NCBI GenBank assembly: GCA_963810095.1
Contig: CAWEMM010000013.1
Coordinates: 64,001-128,000, forward strand
Origin: an uncultured Chloroflexia bacterium
GTDB taxonomy: Bacteria > Chloroflexota > Anaerolineae > CG2-30-64-16
Direction of reading: 5' to 3'
DNA length: 64,000 nt
The notes under the pieces were generated by a model. It saw nothing but the letters and a program-made list of their open reading frames with translations, had not been told where the DNA came from and ran no database searches. Shown piece after piece: positions 19,978 through 30,394 of the stretch; within the stretch, counting starts at the first letter, position 1; the number at the start of each line of letters is the position of its first letter. The translations under genes were made by a program, and so were the position numbers.

Positions 19978-20891
19978 ATGCCCAGATTAGCTATCTTCCT
20001 GCTGGTGTTCGTGCTCGGCGGCCTTTCCCCCATCGCCGCAGCCGCCCCTGAGGCACCTGACTCGCCCGCGCAGACCTGGACGACCCTGATGAGCCAGGGG
20101 TTCGAAGGGACGTGGCCGAGCGCGGGGTGGAGCGTCAAGGGCCTGGGCGACGTCGGCCCCAGCTATTGGGGCAAGGCAAGCTACCAGAAGCACGCCGGGA
20201 CGTACTCGGTTTGGCCGGCGGCCGCGGGGCCGGGCGCCATCACCCCCGGCGCGGGCATCGTCTACCCTGACAACCTCAGCAGCCAGATGATTTACGGCCC
20301 ATTCGACCTCAGCGCAGCGAAGACCGCAGAATTGCACTTCTGGCTGACGGCCGAGATTGAGGTGGGCTGGGACGATTACCTCTATGTCGGCACCTCGGCC
20401 ACGGGCACGAATGACTATTTCGCGGAAGGCCGATGGGACGGCTCATTGGACTGGAATGAGGTCGTCGTCGACCTGACCAAGTACGCAGGCGACTCGTCAG
20501 TGTGGGTGCGCTGGGATTTTCTGAGCGATACGCCGTCGGCATGGGCGGCCCGTACATCGACGACGTCTCGATCCTGATGGACACCGGGCTGGATACGCCG
20601 GTCGTCACGATCAAGCGGATGGGGACGAGCGATATCCGGCTGGACTGGCCGGCGGACCCCGACGCCACCTCCTTTGAGGTGTGGCGCGGGACGAACTCGC
20701 CCTACTTCGCCCCCGGCGAGACCTGCACCGCGCCCGCCTGCACCTCCGTGACGACGAATTCCGCTGTCTACCCTGGCGACAGCGGCAGCACGGCCAACAA
20801 CTACACCTACGTCGTCCGCGCAGTCAAGGGCTCCGCCAAGTCTGCCCCGTCTCAGCGGACGGGCGAGTTTGACTTCGCGCTCACCCGCTAG
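19978..20891 (+). CDS. secreted beta-sandwich protein with FN3-like C-terminal domain (frameshift near 20535)
   Basis: Signal peptide; GFEG.WPSAGW, MIYGPFDLS, YIDDV motifs; C-terminal YTYVVRAV...GEFDFALTR. Confidence 0.7.
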
Positions 20892-20895
20892 CAAC

Positions 20896-20987
20896 ACGGA
20901 CACTGATTGAACGGATCGGACTGATTATCACGCTCTTCACCCAAGGGACAGTGTGGATCAGTTCAATCAGTTGCATCAGTGTCCCGT
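20896..20987. repeat. periodic palindromic element (..GAT 9-mers)
   Basis: acggacactgat-tgaacggat-cggactgat / atcagttca-atcagttgc-atcagtgtcccgt. Confidence 0.85.
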
Positions 20988-21123
20988 ATCAAATCAGTAA
21001 ATCATAACATCGTCCCCTTGACACGGTTTCTCTCTCGGTGTACGGTGGGCATACCCGATACCCCGTTGCGGCAGTCGTCCGGTGCCGCGTCGCGTTTGGC
21101 ATCTCGAGAACCGGTGGACAGGC

Positions 21124-22140
21124 ATGTCTCATTTCCTTTTGCGACGCGTCGGCTGGGCCGTTCCCGTCCTCTTGGCCGTCTCGGCCATCGTCTTTCTCCT
21201 CATGCACGCGGTTCCCGGCAGTCCATGGGACGCGGCCGGCGGCGCCCAGGCGATTCCCAATGTGCACATGGACAGCTTCGCCCGTGCTACACGTGACCAG
21301 CGATACGGGCTCGACCGGCCGCTGTGGGAGCAGTACGTCCGCTACATGGTCGGATACCAGGACAAGAGCGGGCGGTTCCAGTGCGGCGCGATTTGCGGTA
21401 ACCTCGGACCGTCGTACCGCCAGGCCGGTCGCACGGTCGAAGAGATCTTCTTCGAACCGCCCGAGAACCTTTCGGTCTGGCAGAGCCGTGTCGGCTACTC
21501 CTTGCGACTGGGCATGTACGCGTTCGCCTTCGCGCTGGTGTTCGGGCTGCCCCTTGGCATTCTCGCTGCCGTATGGCAGAACCGCCCCCTGGATCTGGGG
21601 ATTCGCATGGTCGTTTCCATTGGCGCCGCCATCCCCAACTTCGTGCTCGGCCTGGTCTTGATCATCATCCTCGGTTCTGGGCTTGGCCTCATCACGTTGA
21701 CCCCCGCATCCTGGGCCAAGTCCAGCCCTGCTACCTGGGTTGTCCCCGTCGTCGTTCTCGGGTTCGGGGCGATGACAGCCATTGCCCGGCTCACCCGGGC
21801 CAGCCTGCTGGAGACGATGCGGCAAGATTACGTGCGGACGGCGCGCGCAAAGGGTCTGCGCGAACGCTCGGTGATCACCGTGCACGTGCTCAAGAACGCC
21901 CTGATCCCGGTTGTGACCATGCTGGGCCCGATCATGGCCGAGTTGATCACGGGCGCGTTCGTCATCGAAACCATGTTTGGCTTTCCCGGCATCGGGCGAG
22001 AGTACATCGAGGCGGTTGGGCTGCACGACTACTCCATGATCATGGGGACGACGCTGCTCTACGCGCTGCTCATCGTGGCGGCGAATTGGACCGTCGACCT
22101 GAGCTATGCCTTGATCGATCCGCGGGCGCGGGTGGAGTGA
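21124..22140 (+). CDS. peptide ABC transporter permease (OppB/DppB-like)
   Basis: YGLDRPLWEQY, DYVRTARAKGL, HVLKNALIP. Confidence 0.95.
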   Translation: MSHFLLRRVGWAVPVLLAVSAIVFLLMHAVPGSPWDAAGGAQAIPNVHMDSFARATRDQRYGLDRPLWEQYVRYMVGYQDKSGRFQCGAICGNLGPSYRQAGRTVEEIFFEPPENLSVWQSRVGYSLRLGMYAFAFALVFGLPLGILAAVWQNRPLDLGIRMVVSIGAAIPNFVLGLVLIIILGSGLGLITLTPASWAKSSPATWVVPVVVLGFGAMTAIARLTRASLLETMRQDYVRTARAKGLRERSVITVHVLKNALIPVVTMLGPIMAELITGAFVIETMFGFPGIGREYIEAVGLHDYSMIMGTTLLYALLIVAANWTVDLSYALIDPRARVE

Positions 22141-22145
22141 GGCCG

Positions 22146-23141
22146 GTGAAAGAGCTGAATGCTGCGCCGGACGCCGTGTCGCGCGTGGGCACGGGACCCA
22201 TCATGAGCACCCGGCCGCGCAGCCTGTGGGCCGACGTGGGGACGCGGCTCGGCAAGGACCGCCGCGGCGGGATCGGTGTGGCGCTCGTCCTCTTCTTCAC
22301 CGTCATCGCGCTCGTCGGACCCTTCATCGCGCCTTATAATCCGCGTGAGCTGAACTTCGATTCTCGCTACATCCCCCCGTTCTGGCAGGCGCGTTCCTTA
22401 AGCGGACGCACGCCTGATGCCGCTCATCCTCTGGGCACCGACGCCGAGGGTCGCGACGTGCTGAGCCGGGCGCTCTACGGCACCCGGACCTCCATGCTGA
22501 TCGGGTGGGCGACCATCTTGTTCACGCTGTTGATCGGCTTGCCCGTCGGCCTCCTGAGCGGCTACGTGGGGGGACGACTCGACAACGCGCTGATGCGCAT
22601 CACAGACGTGTTCTACGCGCTGCCGACCATCATGTTCTACATCCTTATCGTGCTGGCGCTGCGCGAGACGCAGTTTGGAAAACTGCTGAGTGGCCTGATC
22701 GTGCTGATCATGGCGTTCTCTTTCGTAGGCTGGGTCCAAGTGGCCCGGCTCTCGCGCGGATCGACGCTCGTACTGCGTCACGCTCCGTATGTCGACGCCA
22801 GCCGGGCCTCTGGCGCCCGCACCCGGCAGCTGCTGCCGAAGCACATCATGCCCAACATTCTGGGGCCGATCCTCGTGTGGGTCGCGATTGCCGTGCCTCG
22901 CATCGTGACGGTCGAGGCGATCCTCGGGTATCTTCGCATAGGCATCAGCCCGCCGACGGACCCGGATGCGTTCTTTGCGCTAAGCTGGGGCGGCATGTTT
23001 CTCGACGGCCGGGCAGGGCTGCGCAGCTCGCCCTGGCTCCTCCTCGTGCCAACGGTCTGCCTCGCGCTGCTCACCATTGGGTTTACACTGCTGGGCGACA
23101 GCCTGCGCGACGCGCTGGACCCGACAAGCCGGCCCGCGTAA
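22146..23141 (+). CDS. peptide ABC transporter permease (OppC/DppC-like)
   Basis: HPLGTDAEGRDVLSR, KHIMPN, GDSLRDALDP. Confidence 0.95.
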   Translation: MKELNAAPDAVSRVGTGPIMSTRPRSLWADVGTRLGKDRRGGIGVALVLFFTVIALVGPFIAPYNPRELNFDSRYIPPFWQARSLSGRTPDAAHPLGTDAEGRDVLSRALYGTRTSMLIGWATILFTLLIGLPVGLLSGYVGGRLDNALMRITDVFYALPTIMFYILIVLALRETQFGKLLSGLIVLIMAFSFVGWVQVARLSRGSTLVLRHAPYVDASRASGARTRQLLPKHIMPNILGPILVWVAIAVPRIVTVEAILGYLRIGISPPTDPDAFFALSWGGMFLDGRAGLRSSPWLLLVPTVCLALLTIGFTLLGDSLRDALDPTSRPA

Positions 23142-23164
23142 GGGCTCTCGGATTTGCATAACGA

Positions 23165-23173
23165 TGCTATAAT
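23165..23173 (+). promoter_or_regulatory. extended -10 promoter of amrS
   Basis: TG-c-TATAAT about 55 nt upstream of the ATG. Confidence 0.6.
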
Positions 23174-23227
23174 ACGTGCTCGGGCCGGAGTTGCCCTCAG
23201 CTCCGACGCCCGGACAAGGAGCATCTG

Positions 23228-24265
23228 ATGCGTCACGAGGCTATTCTATGGGAACCCCTCGCGCCCAACGACGGGCGTGTGCGGTGCAACCTGTGTTCAC
23301 ATCGCTGCGTGATCCCGCCCGGTAAGCTCGGCGCGTGCTGTGTGCGGGAGAACGTCGATGGCCGGCTCTATACCCTGGTCTACGACCGCACCATCTCGCA
23401 GAACGTCGACCCTATCGAGAAGAAGCCGTTTTTCCACTTCATGCCGGGAACGACCGCCTTTTCCATTGCCACTCCCGGCTGCAACTTCCGCTGCGCGTTC
23501 TGTCAGAACTGGGAGATCTCTCAGATGCCCCGCGATGGAGAGCTGGCCGGCGTGCAACTGAAACCCCCGGATGTGGCCAAGGCGGCGAAGCGGCTCGGCT
23601 GTGCGTCGGTGGCGTACACGTACACCGAGCCTACCATCTTTGCCGAGTATGCTCTGGACTGCGCGGCGGAAGCGAAGGCGCTGGGGCTGAAGAACGTGTT
23701 CGTAAGCAACGGCTACATGACTCCCGAGCTGATCGAACGCATGGGGGGCGACGGGTCGTCGCCGCTCATCGACGGGATCAACGTGGACCTGAAAGCGGGG
23801 CGGGGTGAGTTCTACCGGCGGATTTCGGGTGCGGGTCTTAAGCCCGTGCTCAAGAACTTGCGGCTGCTGCGCCAGCGCGGCATCTGGCTCGAAGTGACAA
23901 CCCTGGTCATCCCGGGGCTGAACGACACGGACGAAGAACTGCGGTGGGTCGCACGGTACCTGCGGGATGAAGTCGGGGCCGACACCCCCTGGCACATCAG
24001 CCGTTTCTACCCGCAATACGAGATGACCGATACCCCGCCCACACCTGTCCGAGTGTTGCAGCGCGCCTATGAGATCGGGAGAGAAGAGGGGCTGCAGTAC
24101 GTCTACGTGGGCAACCTGCCGGGCAACCAGGCGGAAAGCACCTTCTGCCCGGGCTGCGGCAAGCTCGTCATCGAGCGGGCCGGCTACCGGATTGGCAGGC
24201 GGAACCTGCGCGAGGGCAAGTGCGCGTCGTGCGGGAGGGAGATCGCCGGCAACGGGCTTAGGTAG
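23228..24265 (+). CDS. amrS: AmmeMemoRadiSam system radical SAM enzyme
   Basis: N-terminal CxxCxxxC..C, DPIEKKP, GCNFRCAFCQNWEIS, AYTYTEP, HISRFYP, YVYVGN. Confidence 0.92.
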   Translation: MRHEAILWEPLAPNDGRVRCNLCSHRCVIPPGKLGACCVRENVDGRLYTLVYDRTISQNVDPIEKKPFFHFMPGTTAFSIATPGCNFRCAFCQNWEISQMPRDGELAGVQLKPPDVAKAAKRLGCASVAYTYTEPTIFAEYALDCAAEAKALGLKNVFVSNGYMTPELIERMGGDGSSPLIDGINVDLKAGRGEFYRRISGAGLKPVLKNLRLLRQRGIWLEVTTLVIPGLNDTDEELRWVARYLRDEVGADTPWHISRFYPQYEMTDTPPTPVRVLQRAYEIGREEGLQYVYVGNLPGNQAESTFCPGCGKLVIERAGYRIGRRNLREGKCASCGREIAGNGLR

Positions 24266-24360
24266 GCACAAATTGCACGAATCAAGCGATTAGGTCGAAG
24301 CACGGTTGCCGAGTTCGGCGGCAGATACGCAACCATTCGCGAAATCAGTGCAAGCGGTTG
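24266..24360. repeat. degenerate periodic palindromic element
   Basis: gcacaaat-tgcacgaat-caagcgat / attcgcgaa-atcagtgca. Confidence 0.5.
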
Positions 24361-24361
24361 G

Positions 24362-24646
24362 CTACCTCGTAATCGTGTCAATCTCGCGCGCGAGGCTGAA
24401 GTCCTTCTCTGTCAGGCCGCCCGCGCTGTGGGTCGAGAGCTTCAGCGTCACCTTCTTGTACTGGATCAGGATGTCCGGGTGGTGATCGGCGCGCTCGGCA
24501 AGGTGGCCGACCGCCGCCGCAAAGACCAGCGCCGCCGAAAAGCTGGGTAGGGTAAAGCTGCGATAGATCTCGTTCCCTGTCTGCTGCCACTGGGGCGCAT
24601 TTGCCAGAGCCGCTCCGATTTCCTCGTCGCTCAGTAACTTGCCCAT
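24362..24646 (-). CDS. pterin-4a-carbinolamine dehydratase
   Basis: AERADHHPDI, LSTHSAGGLTEKDF; GAGGAGG RBS. Confidence 0.95.
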   Translation of the reverse strand: MGKLLSDEEIGAALANAPQWQQTGNEIYRSFTLPSFSAALVFAAAVGHLAERADHHPDILIQYKKVTLKLSTHSAGGLTEKDFSLAREIDTITR

Positions 24647-24716
24647 CGTCGCCTCCTCGGCTATGATTGGTGACGCCTGGGGCGCTTGCCCCTGGCTCAA
24701 CCCCGTACCGAGCAGT

Positions 24717-26387
24717 ATGAGCGAGCGACCCGACGAGGGCCGTAACCCCGGCTCCGAACCTGATGCAGCACCCCTGAGCGTTGAGAGCGCTGCCGTCGGG
24801 CTCGGCGCGCCCGCGTTCCGTCCGCTCCTTCAGTCGCGAAGCCAAACCACACCCTCTGCCGGTCCAGCCGGCCGTCCGCAGACACGCGCACGGTTGGGGG
24901 TCGTCACCCTGCTCACTTGGTGCGCTGCGCTGGCTGTCGTCTCGTGCGCCGTGTTCTGGGTCGTGCGGGAGACACCCCTGGCCGGTGTCCCCGTCGTGGT
25001 CACTGTCGATGGGCATGACGAAACGATCCGGACGGCCAGCCCCGATGTGGCAGGGCTTCTTGCGGACCTAGGACTGGCGCTGCGGCCCGAGGACGAGCTT
25101 TCACCGGCGCCCGGTACGAAGCTGACCAGCGGCACACACATCACGGTGCGGCGCGCCCGGCCCGGATTAGTCAGCAGCGATGGGCGGCTGGTCGAGGTGT
25201 TCACCCGCAGCGGGACCGTTGGCGGCTTGCTGGATGCCTCACATATCCCCGTCTCGGCACGCGACGAAGTGCTGCTCGATGGCGAGATCGTGCAGCTCGA
25301 CACGCCGTTACCGCCCGTTCTGCGTCCCCAAGCGCGGGCGGGCTTTCCGCTCGGCCGCAGGTGGAACGTACCCGGCCCTCAGCCCGTGCATCTCTCCATC
25401 CACCGGGCCGTGCCCGTCACCGTCGACGACGGCAGCGTTCCGTACACGCTCTACACCACCGCCTCGACAGTAGGCGACGCGCTCCTACGGGAAGCCGTGA
25501 GCCTGTACCTGGGCGACAAGGTGCAGCCCAACCTCGGCTCGCGCGTCACGGCGGGGATGCGCATTTACGTCCAGCGGTCGAAGCCCGTCGTCGTCGCGGC
25601 AGACGGACACACGGTCCAGACGCGCACGCAAGGTAAGACAGTTGGCGCGGCGCTCATGGATCTTGGCGTGGTGGTCACGGGCATGGACGAGGTCAGCCCG
25701 GCGCTGCACGAGCCGTTGGTCGACCAGATGCATATCCAGGTGACCCGGGTGGCCGAAGTGACGCTGGTCGACAGCACCCCGATTCCGTTCGAGTCGATTT
25801 CCCGGGCCGACGATACGCTCGAGCTCGATCACACGAAGCTGGCCCAGGCCGGCAAGAACGGCGAGTACCGCAAGCGCTGGAAGGTGCGTTACGAGGACGG
25901 CCAGGAGGTCGACCGCGTCCTGGTCGACGAGTGGCAGGCAGCGGCGCCGGTCACGCGGGTGATGGCTTACGGCCGGATGATCGTCAGCCGCACGCTCGAC
26001 ACGGAGCAGGGTCCCTTGACCTACTGGCGCAAGATTCGCATGTATGCCACGTCTTACTCGCCGGCGCGCTCGGGCACGCCCCGCAGCGCACCCTGGTACG
26101 GCCGCACGCGGATCGGCCTGCCGCTCAAGAAGGGGCTGGTCGCCATCGACCCGAAGGTGATCCCATTCCACACGCTGGTCTACGTTCCCGGCTACGGCAT
26201 TGGGCGTGCGGCGGACGTAGGCGGCGGGGTGCGCGGGAAGTGGATTGATCTGGGTTATGAGGACGGCGACTACCAGTCGTGGCATTGGTGGGTCGACGTC
26301 TACGTGCTCGAGCCTCGAAACCCGCCCTCCAAGATCGTGTGGGTGCTGCCCAACTATCCACCGCCCAGTTTTCCGAAGAAACGTTAG
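24717..26387 (+). CDS. YabE/RpfB-like protein: DUF348 repeats + G5 + 3D domain
   Basis: TM anchor, repeated V.V.DG..T..TV units; 3D aspartates AIDPK, AADVGG, WIDL. Confidence 0.9.
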   Translation: MSERPDEGRNPGSEPDAAPLSVESAAVGLGAPAFRPLLQSRSQTTPSAGPAGRPQTRARLGVVTLLTWCAALAVVSCAVFWVVRETPLAGVPVVVTVDGHDETIRTASPDVAGLLADLGLALRPEDELSPAPGTKLTSGTHITVRRARPGLVSSDGRLVEVFTRSGTVGGLLDASHIPVSARDEVLLDGEIVQLDTPLPPVLRPQARAGFPLGRRWNVPGPQPVHLSIHRAVPVTVDDGSVPYTLYTTASTVGDALLREAVSLYLGDKVQPNLGSRVTAGMRIYVQRSKPVVVAADGHTVQTRTQGKTVGAALMDLGVVVTGMDEVSPALHEPLVDQMHIQVTRVAEVTLVDSTPIPFESISRADDTLELDHTKLAQAGKNGEYRKRWKVRYEDGQEVDRVLVDEWQAAAPVTRVMAYGRMIVSRTLDTEQGPLTYWRKIRMYATSYSPARSGTPRSAPWYGRTRIGLPLKKGLVAIDPKVIPFHTLVYVPGYGIGRAADVGGGVRGKWIDLGYEDGDYQSWHWWVDVYVLEPRNPPSKIVWVLPNYPPPSFPKKR

Positions 26388-26394
26388 GGCTCGC

Positions 26395-26935
26395 ATTTGG
26401 CGGGCTCCTGCAAGCCGGCCCCTACCGCTTGCTTAACCTTGTTCTTCGGCGGGGCATGGGGCCCCTACCGCCTGCTATACCTTGCTTTCTGCCGGGGGCG
26501 TGTACGCCCCCGAAACCCCCAATCGCGACGCTGCTGGCCGAGTGCCGGCCTGCTGCAAGCAGGCTTCCATAAGCCAGCGACGTGTCACAGCCGGCTGCCC
26601 CACAAACTAGCTTTTGTGGAATTGTGCTGCGGCCGCGTCGACACCGTTGCCCTCGTAAGGTGTTTTTCCGCGAATATCTTCGTTTGCGCTTAACCCTTTG
26701 GGGGTCGAGGGGGCGAAGCCCCCCGTCGGGGTTGGCAGGGGCCAGACGGCCCCTGCCAGAAGCACCAGCGAAGAAACAAGAGAAGAACCGGGGTCGGCAG
26801 GGGCCAGACGGCCTCTGCCAGAAGCACCAGCGAAGAAACAAGAGAAAGACCGGGTAGCAGGGACCAGGCCGCCGCCAGACGGCCCCTGCCACAAGGAACA
26901 AGAAGAGGATCACCGGCAGGGGCCAGACCGCCAAA
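26395..26935. repeat. cluster of REP-like palindromes including about 62-bp tandem units
   Basis: ggcaggggccagacggcccctgcc at 26734 and 26796 with degenerate copies near 26856 and 26915; GTAG-type hairpins on the minus strand near 26400-26475. Confidence 0.8.
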
Positions 26936-26978
26936 CCTGCAGAATGCCCGTTCTTTCTTTGGTCGCGGACGTGGGCAG

Positions 26979-26987
26979 TGCTATAAT
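26979..26987 (+). promoter_or_regulatory. extended -10 promoter of the glycosylation cluster
   Basis: TG-c-TATAAT about 25 nt upstream of the start. Confidence 0.65.
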
Positions 26988-27012
26988 TCGCCGTCGTTTC
27001 AATTGCGGAGGA

Positions 27013-28092
27013 ATGTGTTTGGCTGCAAACGATGAGCCGCTGACGCCCGCACCGCGACGATCGTGTGCGCTGCTTCAGCGCGCCCTGGAAATTGGCATCA
27101 GCCTGCTCTTTCTTTGGTTGGCCGTGCGCCAGATCGACTTCCGCGCGTTGCTGCTCGCGCTGCGCGACGCGAACTGGATCTGGATTCTCCCCGCGGTCGG
27201 CGGCATCGTTGCGATGCTCCTGATCAAGTCATGGCGCTGGCAGATCATGTTCCTGCCCGAGACCAAGGTGCCATTCGAGTCGGTGCTGACGGCACAGTCT
27301 GCCGGTTACCTGGCAAGCAACGTGCTGCCGGGCCGGGCGGGCGAGGCGGTGCGCTTCGTGCTGATGGCAAGCGACCAGCCGGAGGTGGGCGCGGCCCGGG
27401 TGCTGTCGACGATGCTGGTCGAGCGCCTGCTCGACACCCTCTCGCTCCTGGCCGTCCTGGCGCTGCTCCTCCCGTTTCTCAATGACCTGCCCGAGTGGAT
27501 GACGAGCTCCGTTAAGGCGCTCGCCGCCGCGGCGACCCTGGCAACCATCCTGATTGTCGTGCTTTCGTTCTTCAAGGAGCGCGTCCTGGCCTATGCCCAC
27601 GCGGTACTCCGGCACGTCCGGTTCCTCGACAAGCCCGGCATCTACTCTGGCATCGAGCACCTGATCGACGGCTTCACGGCCCTCCGCGGGCGGCGCGGAC
27701 CGGCGCTGATCGCGCTCTCGTTCGCCGTGTGGGCCGCGCTGATCTTCCAGGTTTGGGGTATCCGGAACGCGATTGCCCCAGAAGTGCCGATGACGGCCAT
27801 GGTGTTTGCGCTCCTCGTGACATCGCTGGGAATGGTTGTGCCGTCGACGCCGGGCTACATCGGCGTCTTTCACGGACTCGTCGTGCTCACCCTTGCGCCG
27901 TTCGGCGTGCCCACGACGACGGCGATGAGCATCGCGCTCGTCTGGCACGCGGTTAATTACATCGTTCTGAGTGGATCGGGCCTGATCATGCTTGCGAAGC
28001 ATGGCACTTCGTTCGGCCAGGTTGTGGCAAAGTGGCGCAATCGTTCGATGACAACGGAGACCCCGGAGGTCTCCAAGACCTCGGAGGTCTGA
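27013..28092 (+). CDS. flippase-like protein (LPG-synthase TM / UPF0104 family)
   Basis: SWRWQ, NVLPGRAGEAVR, VERLLD, PSTPGYIGVF. Confidence 0.9.
   Translation: MCLAANDEPLTPAPRRSCALLQRALEIGISLLFLWLAVRQIDFRALLLALRDANWIWILPAVGGIVAMLLIKSWRWQIMFLPETKVPFESVLTAQSAGYLASNVLPGRAGEAVRFVLMASDQPEVGAARVLSTMLVERLLDTLSLLAVLALLLPFLNDLPEWMTSSVKALAAAATLATILIVVLSFFKERVLAYAHAVLRHVRFLDKPGIYSGIEHLIDGFTALRGRRGPALIALSFAVWAALIFQVWGIRNAIAPEVPMTAMVFALLVTSLGMVVPSTPGYIGVFHGLVVLTLAPFGVPTTTAMSIALVWHAVNYIVLSGSGLIMLAKHGTSFGQVVAKWRNRSMTTETPEVSKTSEV
28058..28090. repeat. in-frame double-hairpin element at the gene 3' end
   Basis: agacc-ccgga-ggtct cca agacc-tcgga-ggtct, encoding ETPEVSKTSEV. Confidence 0.7.
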
Positions 28093-28098
28093 GTCCAG

Positions 28099-29119
28099 AT
28101 GCGTATCCTGATTACCGGCGGGGCGGGTTTCATCGGCTGTAACCTGGCCCGCGGATGCATCCAGGCGGGGCACCGGGTGACCCTGCTCGACAACCTGTCG
28201 CGGCGCGGCAGCCAGGCCAACCTGGATTGGCTGCGCGGCCAGGCGCCCGGGTTTGACTTCGTCCAGGCCGACGTGCGGGACGCCGAAGCCATGTTGCGGG
28301 CCGCTGCGGGGCAAGAGGCCGTTTACCACCTGGCGGCCCAGACCGCGGTCACCACCTCGGTGACCGACCCTCGCACCGATTTCGAGATCAACGCGCTGGG
28401 TACGTTCAACGTGCTCGAGGCCGCGCGCAAAGCGGCCAATAACCCCGTCTTCATCTACTCGTCGACTAACAAGGTCTATGGGGGCATGGACGATGCCGTG
28501 GCGGTGGAGCAGGAGACGCGCTACGTCCTGCCCCAGTACCCGAACGGCGTGGGCGAGGACCGGCCGCTCGATTTCCACAGTCCCTACGGCGTATCCAAGG
28601 GTTCCGCGGATCAGTACGTACATGACTATTCGCGCATTTACGGGATGAGAACGGTCGTGTTCCGGCAAAGCTGCATCTATGGTCAGCGGCAGATGGGCGT
28701 GGAGGACCAGGGCTGGGTGGCCTGGTTCGTGATTGCGTCTGTGCTCGGCCGGCCGATCACCATTTACGGTGACGGCAAGCAGGTACGCGACCTGCTGCAC
28801 GTGGACGACCTGGTGCGGGCCTTCCAGATGGCGACGGAGCATATAGACATAACGATGGGACAGGTGTTCAACCTGGGCGGCGGGCCGGCCAACACCCTCA
28901 GCATCTGGGCCGAGTTCGGGCCGCTGCTGAGCGAGCTAGCCGGGCGCCCCGTGATCCCCGAAGCATTCAAGGACTGGCGGCCGGGCGACCAACCCGTGTT
29001 CGTGGCCGACGTGACCAAGGCGCAGCAGGTCTTCGGCTGGGCGCCGCGGGTGACGCGTACGCGAGGGCATCACGCGGCTGATGGAGTGGGTGAAGCAGAA
29101 CCGGGAATTGTTTGCGTGA
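28099..29119 (+). CDS. NDP-sugar epimerase (CDP-tyvelose epimerase-like SDR; frameshift near 29055)
   Basis: TGGAGFIG, SSTNKVYG, YGVSK, FRQSCIYG, GVEDQGWVAWF. Confidence 0.9.
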
Positions 29120-30394
29120 AGATCCTGTTCATCCTAACTTACTACCGGCCCCATGTCAGCGGGCTGACGATCTACGTGGAGCGGCTGGCTCGTGCGCTTG
29201 CCGCCCGCGGGCACGAGGTCACCGTGCTCACTTCCCGTTACAACCACAGTCTGCCCGCGGATGAAGATCATGGACGGCGTGCGGGTGGTGCGGGTGCCGG
29301 TGTGGCTTCGCTTCAACAAGGGCGTCATCATGCCCGGCTTTGCCGCGGCCGCGCTGAGGGAAATCGGCCGGGCAGACGTGGTGAGCATCCACCTGCCGCA
29401 GGTCGAGGCGGCGCTCTCCGTGTTGCTGACCCGGCTGAAGGGGCGCAAGCCGCTGATCACCTACCACTGCGACCTCGAGATGCCCCCGGTCTGGTACGGC
29501 AAGTTCGTCGACCGGATCACATACTGGAACAACGTCGTCGCGGGTAAGCTGGCCGACACGATCGTCGCCTATACGGCCGACTTTGCCCGGCACAGCCCGT
29601 TTCTGTCCCGCTTTGCCGGGCCGGAGATCGGGTCGCCCGGCAAGCCGGCCTCGCGGAACGAGCCCCAGACCGCCAGGGAGCAGGCGCGAGCGCGGGGCAA
29701 GGGGAGCACATCGGGTAAGGTGCGCGTGATCCTGCCGCCCGTCGTCATTCCGGACCCGACGCCTGAAGGCATGGCGGCGCTGCGCCGGCGCATCGGCCTG
29801 GAGGACGGCGACAAGGTGATCGGGTTCGCGGCCCGGTTTGCCTACGAGAAGGGCGCCGGCTACCTGATCAATGCGATTCCGCAGATCCTCAAGGAAATGC
29901 CGTGCCTGAAGGTCGTCTTTGCCGGCCCGTACGGCAAGGACGTGATCGGCGAAACGATCTGGGACGACCTGCAGCCGCTTATCAAGCAGTACACGCCGTA
30001 CCTCACGTTCCTGGGCACGCTGAACCCCGAGCAGATGGCGAACTTCTTTGCGCTGTGCGACGTGGTAACGGTGGCGTCGATCAATAACACCGAGTCGTTC
30101 GGGCTGGTGCAGGTGGAGTCGTTCATGTGCGGCACGCCTGTCGTTGCGACGAACCTGCCGGGCGTCCGCCAGCCGGTGACGATGACCGGCATGGGCGAGA
30201 TCGTGCCCATCGCCGACGCGCACGGCCTGGCCGGCGGGTTGGTGAAGGTGCTCCGTGACCCCCAGCGGTATGTGAAGCCCCGCGAGGAAATCATGAGCAT
30301 CTTCGAGTTGAAGCACACGGTCGACCAGTACGAAGCGCTGTTCAGGGAGAAGCGGGTGCGGCGAGCGACCGTGCGGGGAGCGACCGTGCGGTGA
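29116..30394 (+). CDS. GT4 glycosyltransferase (frameshift near 29258)
   Basis: GTG start overlaps the upstream TGA; YYRPHVSGLTIY, ARFAYEKG, ESFGLVQVE. Confidence 0.9.

Noticed and set aside
26734-26935. Possible CRISPR array (palindromic 24-bp repeat with about 38-bp spacers)
   Set aside because: The spacers are near-identical to each other, the repeats degenerate quickly, and no cas genes are nearby; this is a tandem REP-like repeat
26698-27012. N-terminal extension of the flippase-like ORF
   Set aside because: It is translated repeat DNA; a promoter and RBS lie just before 27013
28099-29547. Apparent epimerase-glycosyltransferase fusion ORF
   Set aside because: Explained by frameshifts; the natural epimerase end (WVKQNRELFA*) overlaps the GTG start of the GT4 gene at 29116-29119
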